Of a stretch of DNA of 64,000 nucleotides, positions 28,317-43,170 are shown in pieces. A program made the translations under genes and the position numbers. The notes beneath the pieces were generated by a model. It made no database searches. It saw nothing but the letters and a program-made list of their open reading frames with translations, and had not been told where the DNA came from. Source of the DNA: Octopus vulgaris (lineage: Eukaryota); NCBI GenBank assembly GCA_951406725.2, contig OX597837.1, forward strand, positions 7,936,001 through 8,000,000, in the 5' to 3' direction. How positions within the stretch are numbered: the stretch's first letter is position 1; each line of letters opens with the position of its first letter.

Positions 28317-28361
<45 letters not shown>

Positions 28362-28376
28362 TATACATATATATAC

Positions 28377-28515
<139 letters not shown>

Positions 28516-29254
28516 CATACATACATATATATATACACGACAGGCTTCCAGTTTCCGTCAACCAAATGCACTCACAGAAGACATAACCAAAACAGAATAT
28601 AAACACGAGAAAGAAAGGTGTACGGTCGACTTCTTATAAAAGTCCTGCAAGAATGTTGAAAGATTCGGTGCCCCTGTCTTCTTGATTTTCCGAGGGTAAA
28701 GCCGTGTTCTTCGTGAGCTAATCGCCGTTGTCAAGACAGAATATACAATACGAAAGGTGTAAGAGTATCCCCTTGTAAAACGCAAACGGGAATGCCGAAA
28801 ATATCTGTATTCTTCGTTAGGTGAATGCATCTTAGCTCAAATGGTTTTTCTAGAACTATATTATGACATCCACTGTTTATTGAAGGAACCCACAGTAGAA
28901 TTAGTAGCGTTTTACTTCTGTCAATTGAGCTTAAGGTCTTTTTTAAAGAAATCTATAAATAATTAGAATGGCAGGAAGATTCCTGCCTTGAGCACACACT
29001 CTATAAGTTGTCTAACAATTAATAAAACTATATCTTTTTATTCTTTTACTCTTTTACTTGTTTCAGTCATTTGACTGCGGCCATGCTGGAGCAACACCGT
29101 TAGTCGAGCAAATCGAACCTAGGACTTATTCTTTGTAAGCCAAGTACTTATTCTATCGGTCACTTTTGCTGAACCACTAAGTTACGGAGACGTAAACACA
29201 CCAGCACGGTTGTCAAGCGATGTTGGGGGGACAAACACAGACACACAAATACAG

Positions 29255-29291
<37 letters not shown>

Positions 29292-30123
29292 TACGACGGG
29301 CTTCATTCAGTTTCCGTCTACCAAATCCGCTCAGAAGGCTTTGGTCGGCCCTGGGCTATAGTAGAAGACACTTGCCCAAGGTGGCACGCAGTGGGACTGA
29401 ACCCGGAACCATATGGTCTGGAAGCAAGCTTCTTACCATACAGTCACGCCTGCGCCTACACACACACACACACACACACTCGCGGCGAACTTCTACACAG
29501 TTTCTATCTACCCAACTCACAAGGTTATTGGTCGGCCCAGGGCGATGCTTACCAAAAGTTTCGCCGCTTAGTGGGACTGAACTCAAAACCCCCCGCATGG
29601 TTAGAAAATGAGTGTCTTAACCACGCAGCCACCACCTATATTATATCATGCAATAAATTATACCGGGTGAAAGGGTCAGCTATTGAGCGGGTACACTGAA
29701 ACCCAAGTAGTGTAGTGGACAGAGACAACAACAACAATAACAACAACAGCAAAGACGACCACGACAACAACAGCAACAACAACGGGGCTTTTAGCTTAGA
29801 ATAGGCGATTGTGTAGAGAAGTATTGTATAATTTCTGATGACCATAGAAGTATTAATCAACGCCAGTTGACTTGGAAACAGTCCAGGACAGTCCAGCTGG
29901 TCAAACAATGGTTCGGAATACACACACGCACGCACACACGAACGCACGCACGCACACACACACGTGCGCGCGCAACTAAATTCATATGCTTATGCACTGA
30001 TACAAATACACACATACACATTAAAACACACACACACACACACATATATGTACACGTACGCTTGTTTATAAACACATTCAAACAGCTGCGCGCTTATGTA
30101 TACACACATGTACACAGACGTTG

Positions 30124-30163
<40 letters not shown>

Positions 30164-30398
30164 GCACACACGCACACACACACATACACACACATATACA
30201 TACATGCATACATACATACACAATCCTCTTTTTACTCTTTTACTTGTTTCAGTCATTTGACTGTGGCCATGCTGGAGTACTGCCTTTAGTCGAGCAAATC
30301 GACCCCAGGACTTATTCTTTGCCGAACCGCTAAGTTACGGGGACGTAAACACACCAGCATCGGTTATCAAGAGATGTTGCGGGGACAAACAGACACAA

Positions 30399-30493
<95 letters not shown>

Positions 30494-31100
30494 AATACAA
30501 AATGGGACAAGAACGCAAAACATCCAGAAGATGATACAAAAGACACGGACGGGTAATTCGAAGCCTTTAATCTTCAGTCAAGAACCGGATCATCCTCGCA
30601 ATTTCGGCTGATTAAACTTGAGATTGCTTCAATCTGGCCAGCCCCAAGGAAAAACTAAGCTAAGAGCCTTAGATTCCTTGGAAAAAAGCTTCGAATGTAT
30701 ACGAAACAAGGACGGAAAAACGGACGATGTTACACGAATACATATATATATATACATATATACGACGGGCTTCTTTCAGTTTCCGTCTACCAAATCCAAT
30801 CGAAACGCGGAGTAGATGAAACAAAGGCGACTGAAGAAGGGGAATTTTCCTTGTGTTATTTGTCCTGTACTCTATTTTTTCGTTGTTTAAGAAAAATGTC
30901 CATTTCCTTGGTTTTGTGTTTATGTTTTCGTTACTCATTGTGTTCGACGTTTTTTTTTGGTGTCCTGTACCCATACATGCATGTATATATACATGTAGAG
31001 GTAGGTACGTACATATATGTATGTATATATGCATATGTTTTATTTTATTTATTAATTTATTATATGATGGAACGCACAAATCCATTTCTAAGTAAGATTG

Positions 31101-31139
<39 letters not shown>

Positions 31140-31346
31140 TAATCCAAACAAGAAAGCACAAAACACAACAACGCGAGGACGTGGAACAAATTTAGTATTA
31201 TTGGACGCTCAGGAAAGAAGGAAAGAAGGAGGGTTTAACGTTTCGAGCGGAGCTCTTCGTCGGAAACATAGGAGAAGGAAAGATCCAGAGAAGGGAAGAC
31301 AGGAAAAAAAATCGCCAACAGTACACTCGCGGTCACATTTTGAATG

Positions 31347-31381
<35 letters not shown>

Positions 31382-31603
31382 TGTGTGTGTGTGTGTGTGT
31401 ATAAATACACACACACATACACACACACACACACACAACATACATTATGTAGGTGATTTTTTTCAACTGAGACGTTAGAATCGTATCTGATTCTTCTAGT
31501 TCTTCAGTTCTGTGTTTGCACATATATTTACTATAATAGATAGCTGACATTTATTAATGGTTTTCCCCATCCTGTTGATGTGTTATTTTCCATCATTAAA
31601 AAA

Positions 31604-31635
<32 letters not shown>

Positions 31636-31879
31636 AATAATAATGATAGGCGCAGTAGTGGCTATGTGGTAAGTAGCTTGCTTACCAACCACATGGTTCC
31701 GGGTTCATTCCCACTGCGTGGCACCTTGGGCACGTGACGACCAAGTGCCGACTAGTCTTGTGAGTGGATTTGGTAGACGGAAACTGAAAGAAGCCCGTCG
31801 TGTGTACCGTCTAATAATACTATATTTGTTCCACGTCCTCGCGTTGTTGTTTTCTCTCTGTGTTTTCATGTTTAGATTA

Positions 31880-31954
<75 letters not shown>

Positions 31955-32326
31955 TGTATGTATGCGTGTGTGTATATGTTTGTGTGTCTGTGTTTGTCCC
32001 CCCAACATCGCTTGACAACCGATGCTGGTGTGGTTACGTCCCCGTAACTTAGCAGTTCGGCAAAAGCGACCGATAGAATAAGTACCAGGCTTCCAAAGAA
32101 TAAGTCCTGGAGACGATTTGCTCGACTAAAGGAAGTGCACCAGCATGGCCACATTCAAATGACTGAAACAAGTAAAGAGTAAGGAGCATAATAATGAAAA
32201 CTTTCGTCATTTTTGCCGACACGGGTATGCTAGTATACATATATTGACCGACAAATAGATATTTAAGTAGGTTTCTTTCTGTGTCTCTTTGTAATCTGTC
32301 AGAGAATCCTTTCTTTCTCTTTGTTA

Positions 32327-32371
<45 letters not shown>

Positions 32372-33056
32372 TTCTGTCTCTCTTACAGTCTCTGTCTTTC
32401 TCTCTCCCATATTTTTCCCGCCATCTAAAATCAAAGGCAACGACGTCTGCTTCTTACCTTTATATTTCGTTTCTTCACCTTCCTCCCCGCCTCTCCCCCT
32501 GCACCTGGGCCGTCAAGGAAATCTCCTCCTTTCTACGTCACTTCCTCTTCTTTGTCATGCTCTCCACCGCCTCACCCTAATAATAATAATAATAATAATA
32601 ATAACAATAATTATAATAATAATAAGGTCACCTCTATACTTTCACCTCACACAGAAATGTGTCACCAGCCATCACCACCACCACCACCACCACCGGCGCA
32701 ACCACCATCTTTGCCACCACTGCCTTACATTCCAGTCAGCACTTCGCTTCTCCACCATCGCTTGTACCACTAACCAACCACCACCACCACTAACCACCAC
32801 CACCACCACCACCACCATTACCACCATTAAACTTGGGAACAGTCAGCTCGTCTCTTTAATCACTAATACCCACTACCAACATCACCAGCACCACCACCGC
32901 CACCGCCACCACCAATTTCACTAACATCATCATCATCACCATTGGTGAACTATTGTGGTGGGGCCGGGTGTGTGGTTGCGATGCGTTCTAACCACTCCCT
33001 CTCATCTTATCTATTTATCTTTCTCACACAATCCATTCTCACACTGACAGCCTGCC

Positions 33057-33100
<44 letters not shown>

Positions 33101-33134
33101 CATTCATCCATCTTGTCTATTAATCTTCTATGCA

Positions 33135-33930
33135 CTAGGCACAAGGCCCGAAATTTTGGGGGAGGTGGGGGGGGGGGGGGGTCAGTCAATTAGATTGACC
33201 CCAGTACGCAACTGGTACTTATTTTATCGACTCCGAAAAAGATGAAAGGCAAAGTCGACCTCGATAGAATTTGAACTCAGAACGTAGTGGCAGACGAAAT
33301 ACCTATTTCTTTACTACCCACAAGGGGCTAAACACAGAAAGGACAAACAAGGAGAGACAAACGGATTAAGTTGATTACGTTGACCCCAGTGCGTAACTGG
33401 TATTTAACTTATCGACCCCGAAAAGGATGAAAGTCGACTTCGGCGGAATTTGAACTCAGAACGTAGCGGCAGACGAAATGCCGCTAAGCATTTCGCCCGG
33501 TGTGCTAACAATTCTTATTTCTTTATTGCCCACAAGGGGCTAAACATAGAGGGGACAAACAAGGAGAGACAAAGGGATTTAGTCGATTACGTCGACCCCA
33601 TTGCCTAACTGGTACTTATTTAATCAACCACGAAAGGATGAAAGGCAAAGTCGACCTCAGCGGAATTTGAACTCAGAACATAAAGACAGACGAAATACCT
33701 ATTTCTTTATTACCCACAAGGGGCTAAACATAGAGGGGACAAACAAAGAGAGACATAGGGATTTAGTCGATTACATCGACCCCAGTGCTTAACTGGTATT
33801 TAATTTATCGACCCCGAAAGGATGAAAGGCAAAGTCGACCACGGCGGAATTTGAACTAGTAACGTAAAGACAGACGATATACTGCTAAGCATTTCGCCCG
33901 GCGTGATAACGTTTCTGCCATCTCGCCGCC
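33135..33930 (-). mobile_element. Tandem array of about four family-B SINE units
   Basis: Repeated gatgaaag...gtcgac...atttgaact...gacga segments with ~180 bp period. Confidence 0.75.
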
Positions 33931-34064
33931 ATATCCATCTGTCGATCAATATATATGGAAAGCATATGTGTAATAATTATATATCTCTATCTCTCTCTCT
34001 ATCTGTCTGTCTGTCTGTCTATCAATCTCTGCCTCTGTTTCTCTGCCTCTCTCTCTCTCTCAAC

Positions 34065-34122
<58 letters not shown>

Positions 34123-34123
34123 G

Positions 34124-34199
<76 letters not shown>

Positions 34200-34999
34200 G
34201 CTATATGACTGTCCATTTGTATATCTATATTTATTGCCGTGTGTAGACGTGTACAAGTATTTGCCTATGTGTGTGTTTGTGTACGTGTGTTCGTTGGTGT
34301 GTGTGTATGTGTGTGTGCGCGCGCGCGAGCTCACGTTAGTAAGATCTTTTGCCGTGACGTATAATCAGTACTTTTGTCACCAGATGGCGCTAAAAGCGGT
34401 CAGAAACACCTTCTCTTTCATCCCATCGTGACCTCTCTTCACCCACTTAATATAACCCTAAGAACACTAATGCAATAGTCCTGTATGTAGTCGTTCACCC
34501 TGCTAAAAATAGCAACCATATGTTGCCTCAAATCATATCTTATTGCTTTGTGTACCTAGTATGAACTAAAAAGGTGGGCCTCCACATGCTAGAAATAACA
34601 GCTAAATCTCCCTCAAATGATGCATTTTACCTTATGTGTAGATATATGAACTAAGTTGTCGACTTCTACATGGTAAATAAACTTGGTAGAAATAGCAGCT
34701 AAATCTATTACAAAGTCATCTTTTTGTCCTACATATGTACGAATGTGTGTGTGTGTATGTGTGTGTGTGTGTGTGTGTGTGCGTGCTTAAGACAATGAAT
34801 AATGAGACAGACGTCTACATGGTTCCGAGATTTGCGAGAAATAACAGTCAAACCAATTTTAATCAGAAACTTCTGTCTTACATGTAGCACATACATACAC
34901 ACACACATAATATAAAGGTAAGAAGCAGACGTCGTTGCCTTTGATTTTGGATGGCGGGAAAATGTGGGAGAGAGAAAGACAGGGACTGTAAGCGGGAGT

Positions 35000-35079
<80 letters not shown>

Positions 35080-35328
35080 TAACAAAAAGAAAGAAAGGAT
35101 TCTGTGACAGATTGCAAAGGGTCACAGAAAAAGGGAACAGAGAGAAATTACCCCAGACGAAGGGAGACAGAAAGTAGGATCGGATATTTTCTATCTACCT
35201 ACCTAAATATCTATTTGTCGGTTTTAATTGGTATTTGGTAATTATAATACATCCTCTACAGACTAAGATGACGTTTTAAAAAAGAGTCAAGTTTATGTTA
35301 TATAGTATTTGATATACCTGTATTTGAC

Positions 35329-35374
<46 letters not shown>

Positions 35375-36266
35375 TGTCTGTCTGTCTATCTGTTTGTTTG
35401 TCTATCTATCTATCTACCTATCTATCTATCTTTTTCTCTCTATATAAATATGTGTGTGTCTGTCTGTCTGTCTTTCTGTTTCTGTTAGTCTATCTGTCTG
35501 TCTTCTGCCTCATTTTCTCTCTGTCTTTCTCTCACCCCTCTCCCTGTCTATATATACCCACACACATACACACACAGAAACACACACACAGACACACACG
35601 CACATACACCAACAGAAAAAACACACACACACACACACACATCTGCAGGCATACCTCATCCTACGTTGATAATTGGTTCCAGAAGACACGACTTAAGTCG
35701 AATTATCTTGTCTCTAGGCTAAGCTAGGTTGAATTTACTTGTCTCTAGGCTAAACCGATAATAACCATTCCCAGTTCTGTACTTTATTTATGAATGCATT
35801 TTCAATAATACACGGTTAATAAAAACCTATTTTAAGATTACAAACAAATAACTTCAACTTCTTTATACAGTACAGTAAAAAAACCAAGATGGAATCTAAA
35901 TTTACGAATACAATTTGGCGGTGTTTACTGTACATGGCGGACGCTTTATTTATGCGGTTTGCGGTTTGCAATAAGACATGGTAAAGTAGAAACCTTTTTT
36001 AAGCTTAAAAAACAAATTAAGTAATTATTATTATTTTGCAATACTCTTTTTACTCTTTTACTTGTTTCAGTCATTTCACTGCGGCCATGCTGGAGCACCG
36101 CCTTTATTTAATCGAGCAACTCGACCCCGGGACTTATTCTTTGTAAGCACAGTACTTATTCTATCTGTCTCTTTTGCCGAACCGCTAAGTGACGGGGACG
36201 AAAACACACCAGCATCGGTTGTCAAGCAGTGGTAGGGGGACAAACACAGACACACAAACATACACG

Positions 36267-36326
<60 letters not shown>

Positions 36327-37260
36327 CATATATACGACGGGCTTCTTCCAGTTTCCGTCTATCAAATCCACTCACAAGGCAATGGTCGGCCCGAGGCTAT
36401 AGTAGAAGACACTTGCCCAAGCTGCCACGCAGTGGGACTGAACCCGGAACCATGTGGTTGGTAAGCAAGCTACTTACCACACAGCCACTCCTGCGCCTCC
36501 ACACAGCCACTCCTGCGCCTCCACACAGCCACTCCTGCGCCTCCACACAGCCACTCCTGCGCCTCCACACAGCCACTCCTGCGCCTCCACACAGCCACTA
36601 GTAAAAAAAAATTATTTTAAATTTACCAATACGTACATAACATTTGGTGGTTTACATCGTGGATGGAGATGGCTATGGATCGTCAACATCAACAGCTGGA
36701 GGCGCAATGGTCCAGTGGTTAGGGCAGCGGACTTGCGGTCGGAGGATCTTGGTTTCGATTCCCAGACCGGACGTTGTGTATGTTTATTGAGCGAAAACAC
36801 CTACAGCACCTCGAGGCTCCCAAAAGGGGTGGTGGCAACCCCTGTTGTACTCTTGTACTCAATGGCCCAACGGTTAGGGCAGCGGACTTGCGGTCGGAGG
36901 ATCTTGGTTTCGATTCCCAGACCGGGCGCTGTGTGTGTTTATTGAGCGAAAACACCTAAAGCTCCACGAGGCTCCGGCAGGGGTGGGGGGTGGCGACCCC
37001 TGTTGTACTCTTTCGCCCCAACTTTCTCTCACCCTTTCTTCCTGTTCCTTGTCCCCGACTTTCTACGCAACCGCTGAGCCTGGATGCGCATTCATCCATC
37101 CGTCGATGATCTCGGTGTCGGGGGTTGACCTGCTATCCCTTCTGCAGGTCTTACGAATAGCAAAGGACCACGTTTCGAACTTCTCCCATCTTGCGAGCTC
37201 TGGGACGAAGATCGTTCGCTCAACAGCAATAGCAACAACAGCTGACTCTCGCTGTTCTTG

Positions 37261-38285
37261 TTATTCGATGCGCTTAAAAAACCGGTTGAGAGTTCCTTGA
37301 ACTGTCTTCTTCTTTTCCTCAAGGATTACATTATAAGGAGCCAAAGCTTCGTGACAAACCCCCATAATCCTAGGAAAGCACTGAGCATTTGAATTCCTAT
37401 CATCGAACATACAAAGACCTTTTTTGATATATGCAAATGCTTGCTGCATTTTCTTAATGGTAAAATAACGTGGCTCAAGTTCGACTTCCTCTTCTTCTTT
37501 ATTTTGTTGCTCGTGAAGCCCTATCAAATCCTCGTTCGTCAGGGGCTGCTTGTCTTTTTCAAATAAATCTGTGAAATCCTCCTCCTCCAATTCCATTTCC
37601 AGTTCTTTGCTCGTAGCCACCAACGTTTTGTTGATTGCAACTTTATCAAACCCCTAAAAATCATTCACGAATTACGAGCATAGCTTCTTCCATACATCAT
37701 TCATAGCCATGCTCTACATTCCCTGCCGCTGCTTTGTTCTGTACAGCTTTGCAGATATCGTATCTCTTCTAAAAGTCACTAAGTGTGATGGACCCATCAA
37801 GATCTGTTGCAGCCATTGCTTGCTGCTGCGTACGCTTCACATAGAAATGCTTGAAGATAGCAATTATTCCCTGATTCATTGGCCGCAGAAGAGATGTGGT
37901 GTTTGGAGGTAAGTATACGACGGTAGCGAGCTGGCAGAAACGTTAGCACTCCGGGCGAAATGCGTAGCCGTATTTCGTCTGCCGTTACGTTCTAAGTTCA
38001 AATTCCACCGAGGTCGACTTTGCCTTTCATCCTTTCGGGGGCGATAAATTAAGTACCAGTTACGTATTGGGGTCGATGTAATCGGCTTAATCCGTTTGTC
38101 TGTCCTTGTTTGTCCTCTCTGTGTTGAGCCCCTTCTGGATAATAAAGAAATAGGCAATGTTGGGGGTCAAAATCTACGATGTTTTGCGGGTGGTCAGGAG
38201 TATTATCTATGATAAGTAAAATCTGAAAAGGAATCCCTTTCTCCTTAAAGTACTTATCTGCTGCTGGGATAAAATGATCGATCCG
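37261..38285 (-). pseudogene. Tigger/pogo (CENP-B-related) transposase fragment interrupted by a SINE
   Basis: HFIPAADKYFKEKGIPFQILLIIDNTPDHP, then across the SINE YLPPNTTSLLRPMNQGII, and C-terminus LEEKKKTVQGTLNRFFK; typical Tigger motifs. Confidence 0.85.
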
Positions 38286-38940
38286 AAAATCTAATTGGTT
38301 CGTGCCAGTCACGGGGCCAAACATCCCTGAAAGTTTCATCCGAATCCATCCATCGGTTCTTGAGATATGTTATTTTGTCCACGGACAAAGAAACTAATAA
38401 ACAAACATTACTGAAAACAATACCTCTGCCTTCGCTAAGGCGGAGGTAATAACTTTAGAAATTGATAGATTAAGAAAAAAATAATTCTTTAGGTGCAAAC
38501 AATTTCTTGTTTTTTTTTTTTCATTTTTCTTTTTTTTGTGTACTCAAGTCACATAAAGAACAGCAGGTGCTGCGAAACAAAACGTTTGTTTTCCCTTAAG
38601 CAACACCTGGTGTAACTTCTCGTAGATAACACCGCAGTCGTTGTTGTGAACATCTCTGCTTGACGTCCAAAAAATCAGTGAGAAAGAGAATATTTAGTTG
38701 GGACTGCTTCGATTCCACCAGGAAGGTCATGGGCTGTTTATCTTGATATGAAATCACCATGTCGCGCACATATGGTTGTGATGCATGTGCCTGGTGTACC
38801 CTTGTCAGACAGGTAGTCATGATGGGTATACTGGGCTTCGTATATTTGTACCCCGGTGTCACTTTGATGGCATGCACTGCTCTCCCACTCAATAATAATA
38901 ATATTGAATATAATAACAACAACAACAACAACAACAACAC

Positions 38941-38982
<42 letters not shown>

Positions 38983-39427
38983 TTATGATGATGATGATAA
39001 TCTTTTCTGCTATGGGCACAAGGCCTGATATTACATCGAACCCAGTGCGTAACTGGTACTTAATTTATCAAACCCGAAAGGATGAAAGGCAAAATCGACC
39101 TCGGTGCATTTCGTCCGGCGTGTTAAAGATTCTGTCAGCTCGCTGACTTAGGCATCCACAAATATATTCATTACAAAACTCACAGGTATGCCATCTTTTT
39201 GTACAATTCATTTTGAATTACTCTGTACAATATAACTGAAAGGCTAATAATCTCCGGTACTCCGAGTTTGCCGTTTCCGTTCATTTACTTCGTAATCCGA
39301 GCCTGTTTTTATTTTTTTTTTTTTGGTTTATCATTTATTGGGATATATTTTGAAATATTATACGAAAGCTATCAAGAAAATATTTATCTGGTATATGGGC
39401 GTGTGTATGTGTGCATGTGCAAGCGTG

Positions 39428-39483
<56 letters not shown>

Positions 39484-39509
39484 GTATGTGTGTATGTGTA
39501 TGTGTATTT

Positions 39510-39540
<31 letters not shown>

Positions 39541-39615
39541 TCGTGCATGTATACAGATATATATATACACACATACATATGTAATTATAAATATTTGTAT
39601 ATACACTTATATGTG

Positions 39616-39667
<52 letters not shown>

Positions 39668-39811
39668 CATACATACATACATACATATGTATATATATAT
39701 ATTTGTTCATGTGTCTTTAGGTTATACATCATAGTTATGGCTAAACTTTGTGTTGCTGACATTAGATAATACTACTGATTCTATATATACATGTGCACAC
39801 GCATATATTTA

Positions 39812-39864
<53 letters not shown>

Positions 39865-40477
39865 GTACCTGTATATATCTTATAAAACCATTTAAGTATA
39901 CCAGTAATTCTCCCTCAAACGCTGACAATAGTCAAACGAAATGAAAGGTTATTTTTTAAACTTCACTTTGGCTTAATGTACTTCCGGTAAATAGCTTGTC
40001 ATACAGGAAGTTAGACACATATGCATCGCTGCTTCAGGCACGCAACGTTGCAAATACTTTTAATTGACAGCGGTAGAGAAGGAGGGGGGAGATGGGGGGG
40101 GGAGAGAGATGGTGGGAGAGAGAGAAGAGATGGAGGAAAGAAATGGAAAGGAAGATCTAAGCAATGAATAGAAAGGAAAGATGATGGATGAATGGAAGGA
40201 AAGTTGGAGGAAAAAAGAAATGAGAAAAAAAAGAGAAATAAATAAATAAATAGATAAATAGATAAATAAATAGATAAATAGATATTAAATGAATAAATAA
40301 ATAAATAAAAATAGCATTTAAGATGATGAATCTGCTTCCTGAAAAATTTGAAATTGTTGTTTGTGATATATCTTGTTGTTGTTGTTGACGTTGCCATCAT
40401 CGTCGTCATCGTCGTCATCAGCATCGCCATTGCCATCGTCGTTGCCGTGGTTTTCATCGTCGTCGTCATCATCATCA

Positions 40478-40511
<34 letters not shown>

Positions 40512-40804
40512 TGTCGTGGTTATCGTCATCATCATCATCATCATCAATCATCAAACATCATCAACATCCTCCTCCTCCTCCTCCTCATCATCATCATCAT
40601 CGTCATCATCATCATCTCCTTCATCATCAACATCATCATCATCGTCATCCTCCTCCTCCTTCTCCTCCTCCTCATCATCGTCGTCGTCGTCATCATCATC
40701 ATTCTCATCTTCATTCTTATCTACATTCATCATCTTCATTCATTATTCATCATCATCATCATTCATCATTCACCATCATCATCATCATCATCCTCATCAT
40801 TCAT

Positions 40805-40865
<61 letters not shown>

Positions 40866-41499
40866 TACTATAACTGCAATTTGTATGAATATTAACATTG
40901 AAAAAAATTCCACTTTTTTGGCTAAAAAGAAATTCGGACCCGTGTTTGTATCGCTTGAGCAAATTTCGTTCACGGGTCACTGGAGGATGAATGATGATGA
41001 CGATGATGACAACCACGTCGATGATACTGATGATGTCCAGGAATCGAAACCACAATGTTACGATCATGAGTCCGACACCCTAACCCATAAGCCACTCGCC
41101 TCCACTGTATTCCAAACGTAAAAAGCAAAGCAAAGTTTTCTTCTCGAGTCATACCGATTCATACGGACCCCGTTTCCCCGGTTTCCATGGCATGTATATA
41201 TTCCCCACTTGGACTGGAAGCCAGCCCCTCACAGGGTTACTCCTTTTGGCTAGCTGAGTGGACTGGAGCCACGTGAAATGAAGTGTTTCGCTCAAGAACA
41301 CAACGCATGGCCCAGTCCAGGAATCGAAACCACAATCTTACGATCGTGATTCCAATAGCAAGCCGCGCACCTCCACTACGGAGGTCTCTTTTCGGTGACC
41401 TCATTTGTCATTCTATTGACTGAAAGACATTAGGCAATGGAAGAGTTCTGAAAGCAGTTATGCTGATCTGCAGCTGACATGAATGGTCACCTGTCAGAA

Positions 41500-43170
41500 A
41501 TACTATTGACTGGGAGTCAAAAGTGCTATTGACGGGGAGTCAGAAATGCTGTTGGCAGAGTCAGAAATGCTATTGATTGGGAGTCAGAAATGCTGTTGGC
41601 AGAGTCATAAATGCTATTGACTGGGAGTCATAAATGCTATTGACGGGGAGTCAGAAATGCTGTTGACTGGGAGTTAGAAATGCTATTGACTGGGAGTCAT
41701 AAATGCTATTGACGGGGAGTCAGAAATGCTGTTGGCAGAGTCAGAAATGCTGTTGACTGGGAGTCAGAAATGCTATTGACTGGGAGTCAGAAATGCTATT
41801 GACTGGGAGTCAGAAATGCTATTGACTGGGAGTCATAAATGCTGTTGACTGGGAGTCATAAATGCTATTGACTGGGAGTCAGAAATGCTGTTGACGGGGA
41901 GTCAGAAATGCTATTGACTGGGAGTCAGAAATGCTGTTGACTGGGAGTCATAAATGCTATTGACTGGGAGTCATAAATGCTGTTGGCAGAGTCAGAAATA
42001 CTATTGACGGGGAGTCAGAAATGCTATTGACTGGGAGTCAGAAATGCTATTGACTGGGAGTCAGAAATGCTATTGACTGGGAGTCATAAATGCTGTTGGC
42101 AGAGTCAGAAATGCTGTGGACTGGGAGTCAGAAATGCTATTGACTGGGAGTCAGAAATGCTGTTGACAGAGTCAGAAATACTATTGACGGGGAGTCAGAA
42201 ATGCTATTGACTGGGAGTCAGAAATGCTATTGACTGGGAGTCAGAAATGCTATTGACTGGGAGTCATAAATGCTGTTGGCAGAGTCAGAAATGCTGTTGA
42301 CTGGGAGTCAGAAATGCTATTGACTGGGAGTCAGAAATGCTGTTGACAGAGTCAGAAATACTATTGACGGGGAGTCAGAAATGCTATTGACTGGGAGTCA
42401 GAAATGCTATTGACTGGGAGTCAGAAATGCTATTGACTGGGAGTCAGAAATGCTATTGACTGGGAGTCAGAAATGCTATTGACTGGGAGTCATAAATGCT
42501 ATTGACGGGGAGTCATAAATGCTGTTGGCAGAGTCAGAAATGCTGTTGACTGGGAGTCATAAATGCTGTTGGCAGAGTCAGAAATACTATTGACGGGGAG
42601 TCAGAAATGCTATTGACTGGGAGTCAGAAATGCTATTGACTGGGAGTCAGAAATGCTGTTGACTGGGAGTCATAAATGCTGTTGGCAGAGTCAGAAATGC
42701 TATTGACGGGGAGTCATAAATGCTGTTGGCAGAGTCAGAAATACTATTGACGGGGAGTCATAAATGCTGTTGGCAGAGTCAGAAATACTATTGACGGGGA
42801 GTCATAAATGCTGTTGGCAGAGTCAGAAATGCTGTTGACTGGGAGTCAGAAATACTATTGACGGGGAGTCATAAATGCTGTTGGCAGAGTCAGAAATGCT
42901 GTTGACTGGGAGTCAGAAATACTATTGACGGGGAGTCAGAAATGCTGTTGACAGAGTCAGAAATGCTATTGACGGGGAGTCATAAATGCTGTTGGCAGAG
43001 TCAGAAATACTATTGACGGGTAGTCAGAAATGCTGTTGACAGAGTCAGAAATGCTATTGACGGGGAGTCATAAATGCTGTTGGCAGAGTCAGAAATACTA
43101 TTGACGGGGAGTCATAAATGCTGTTGACAGAGTCAGAAATGCTATTGACGGGGAGTCAGAAATGCTGTTG
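41500..43170. repeat. Minisatellite of 23-bp (gagtcagaaatgctattgactgg) and 21-bp (gagtcagaaatgctgttggca) units with a 180-bp higher-order period
   Basis: Lines starting at 42001, 42181 and 42361 are identical; 6x23 + 2x21 = 180. Confidence 0.9.

Noticed and set aside
30495-31040. TA-flanked inserts containing CTGAAGA and GAAAC words
   Set aside because: Possibly PLE-type ends, but I could not fold a complete hammerhead
41025-41062. CTGATGA...GAAAC hammerhead look-alike
   Set aside because: Chance junction of a (GAT)n tract with the antisense box B of a SINE; no convincing stem II
40011-41121. Long trinucleotide-repeat ORFs (also 15231-15616, 24500-24947, 43560-44560)
   Set aside because: No matched splice sites or complex peptide, unlike 22016-23110
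41500-43170. CRISPR array
   Set aside because: Units are directly adjacent with no unique spacers, there are no cas genes, and the context is eukaryotic
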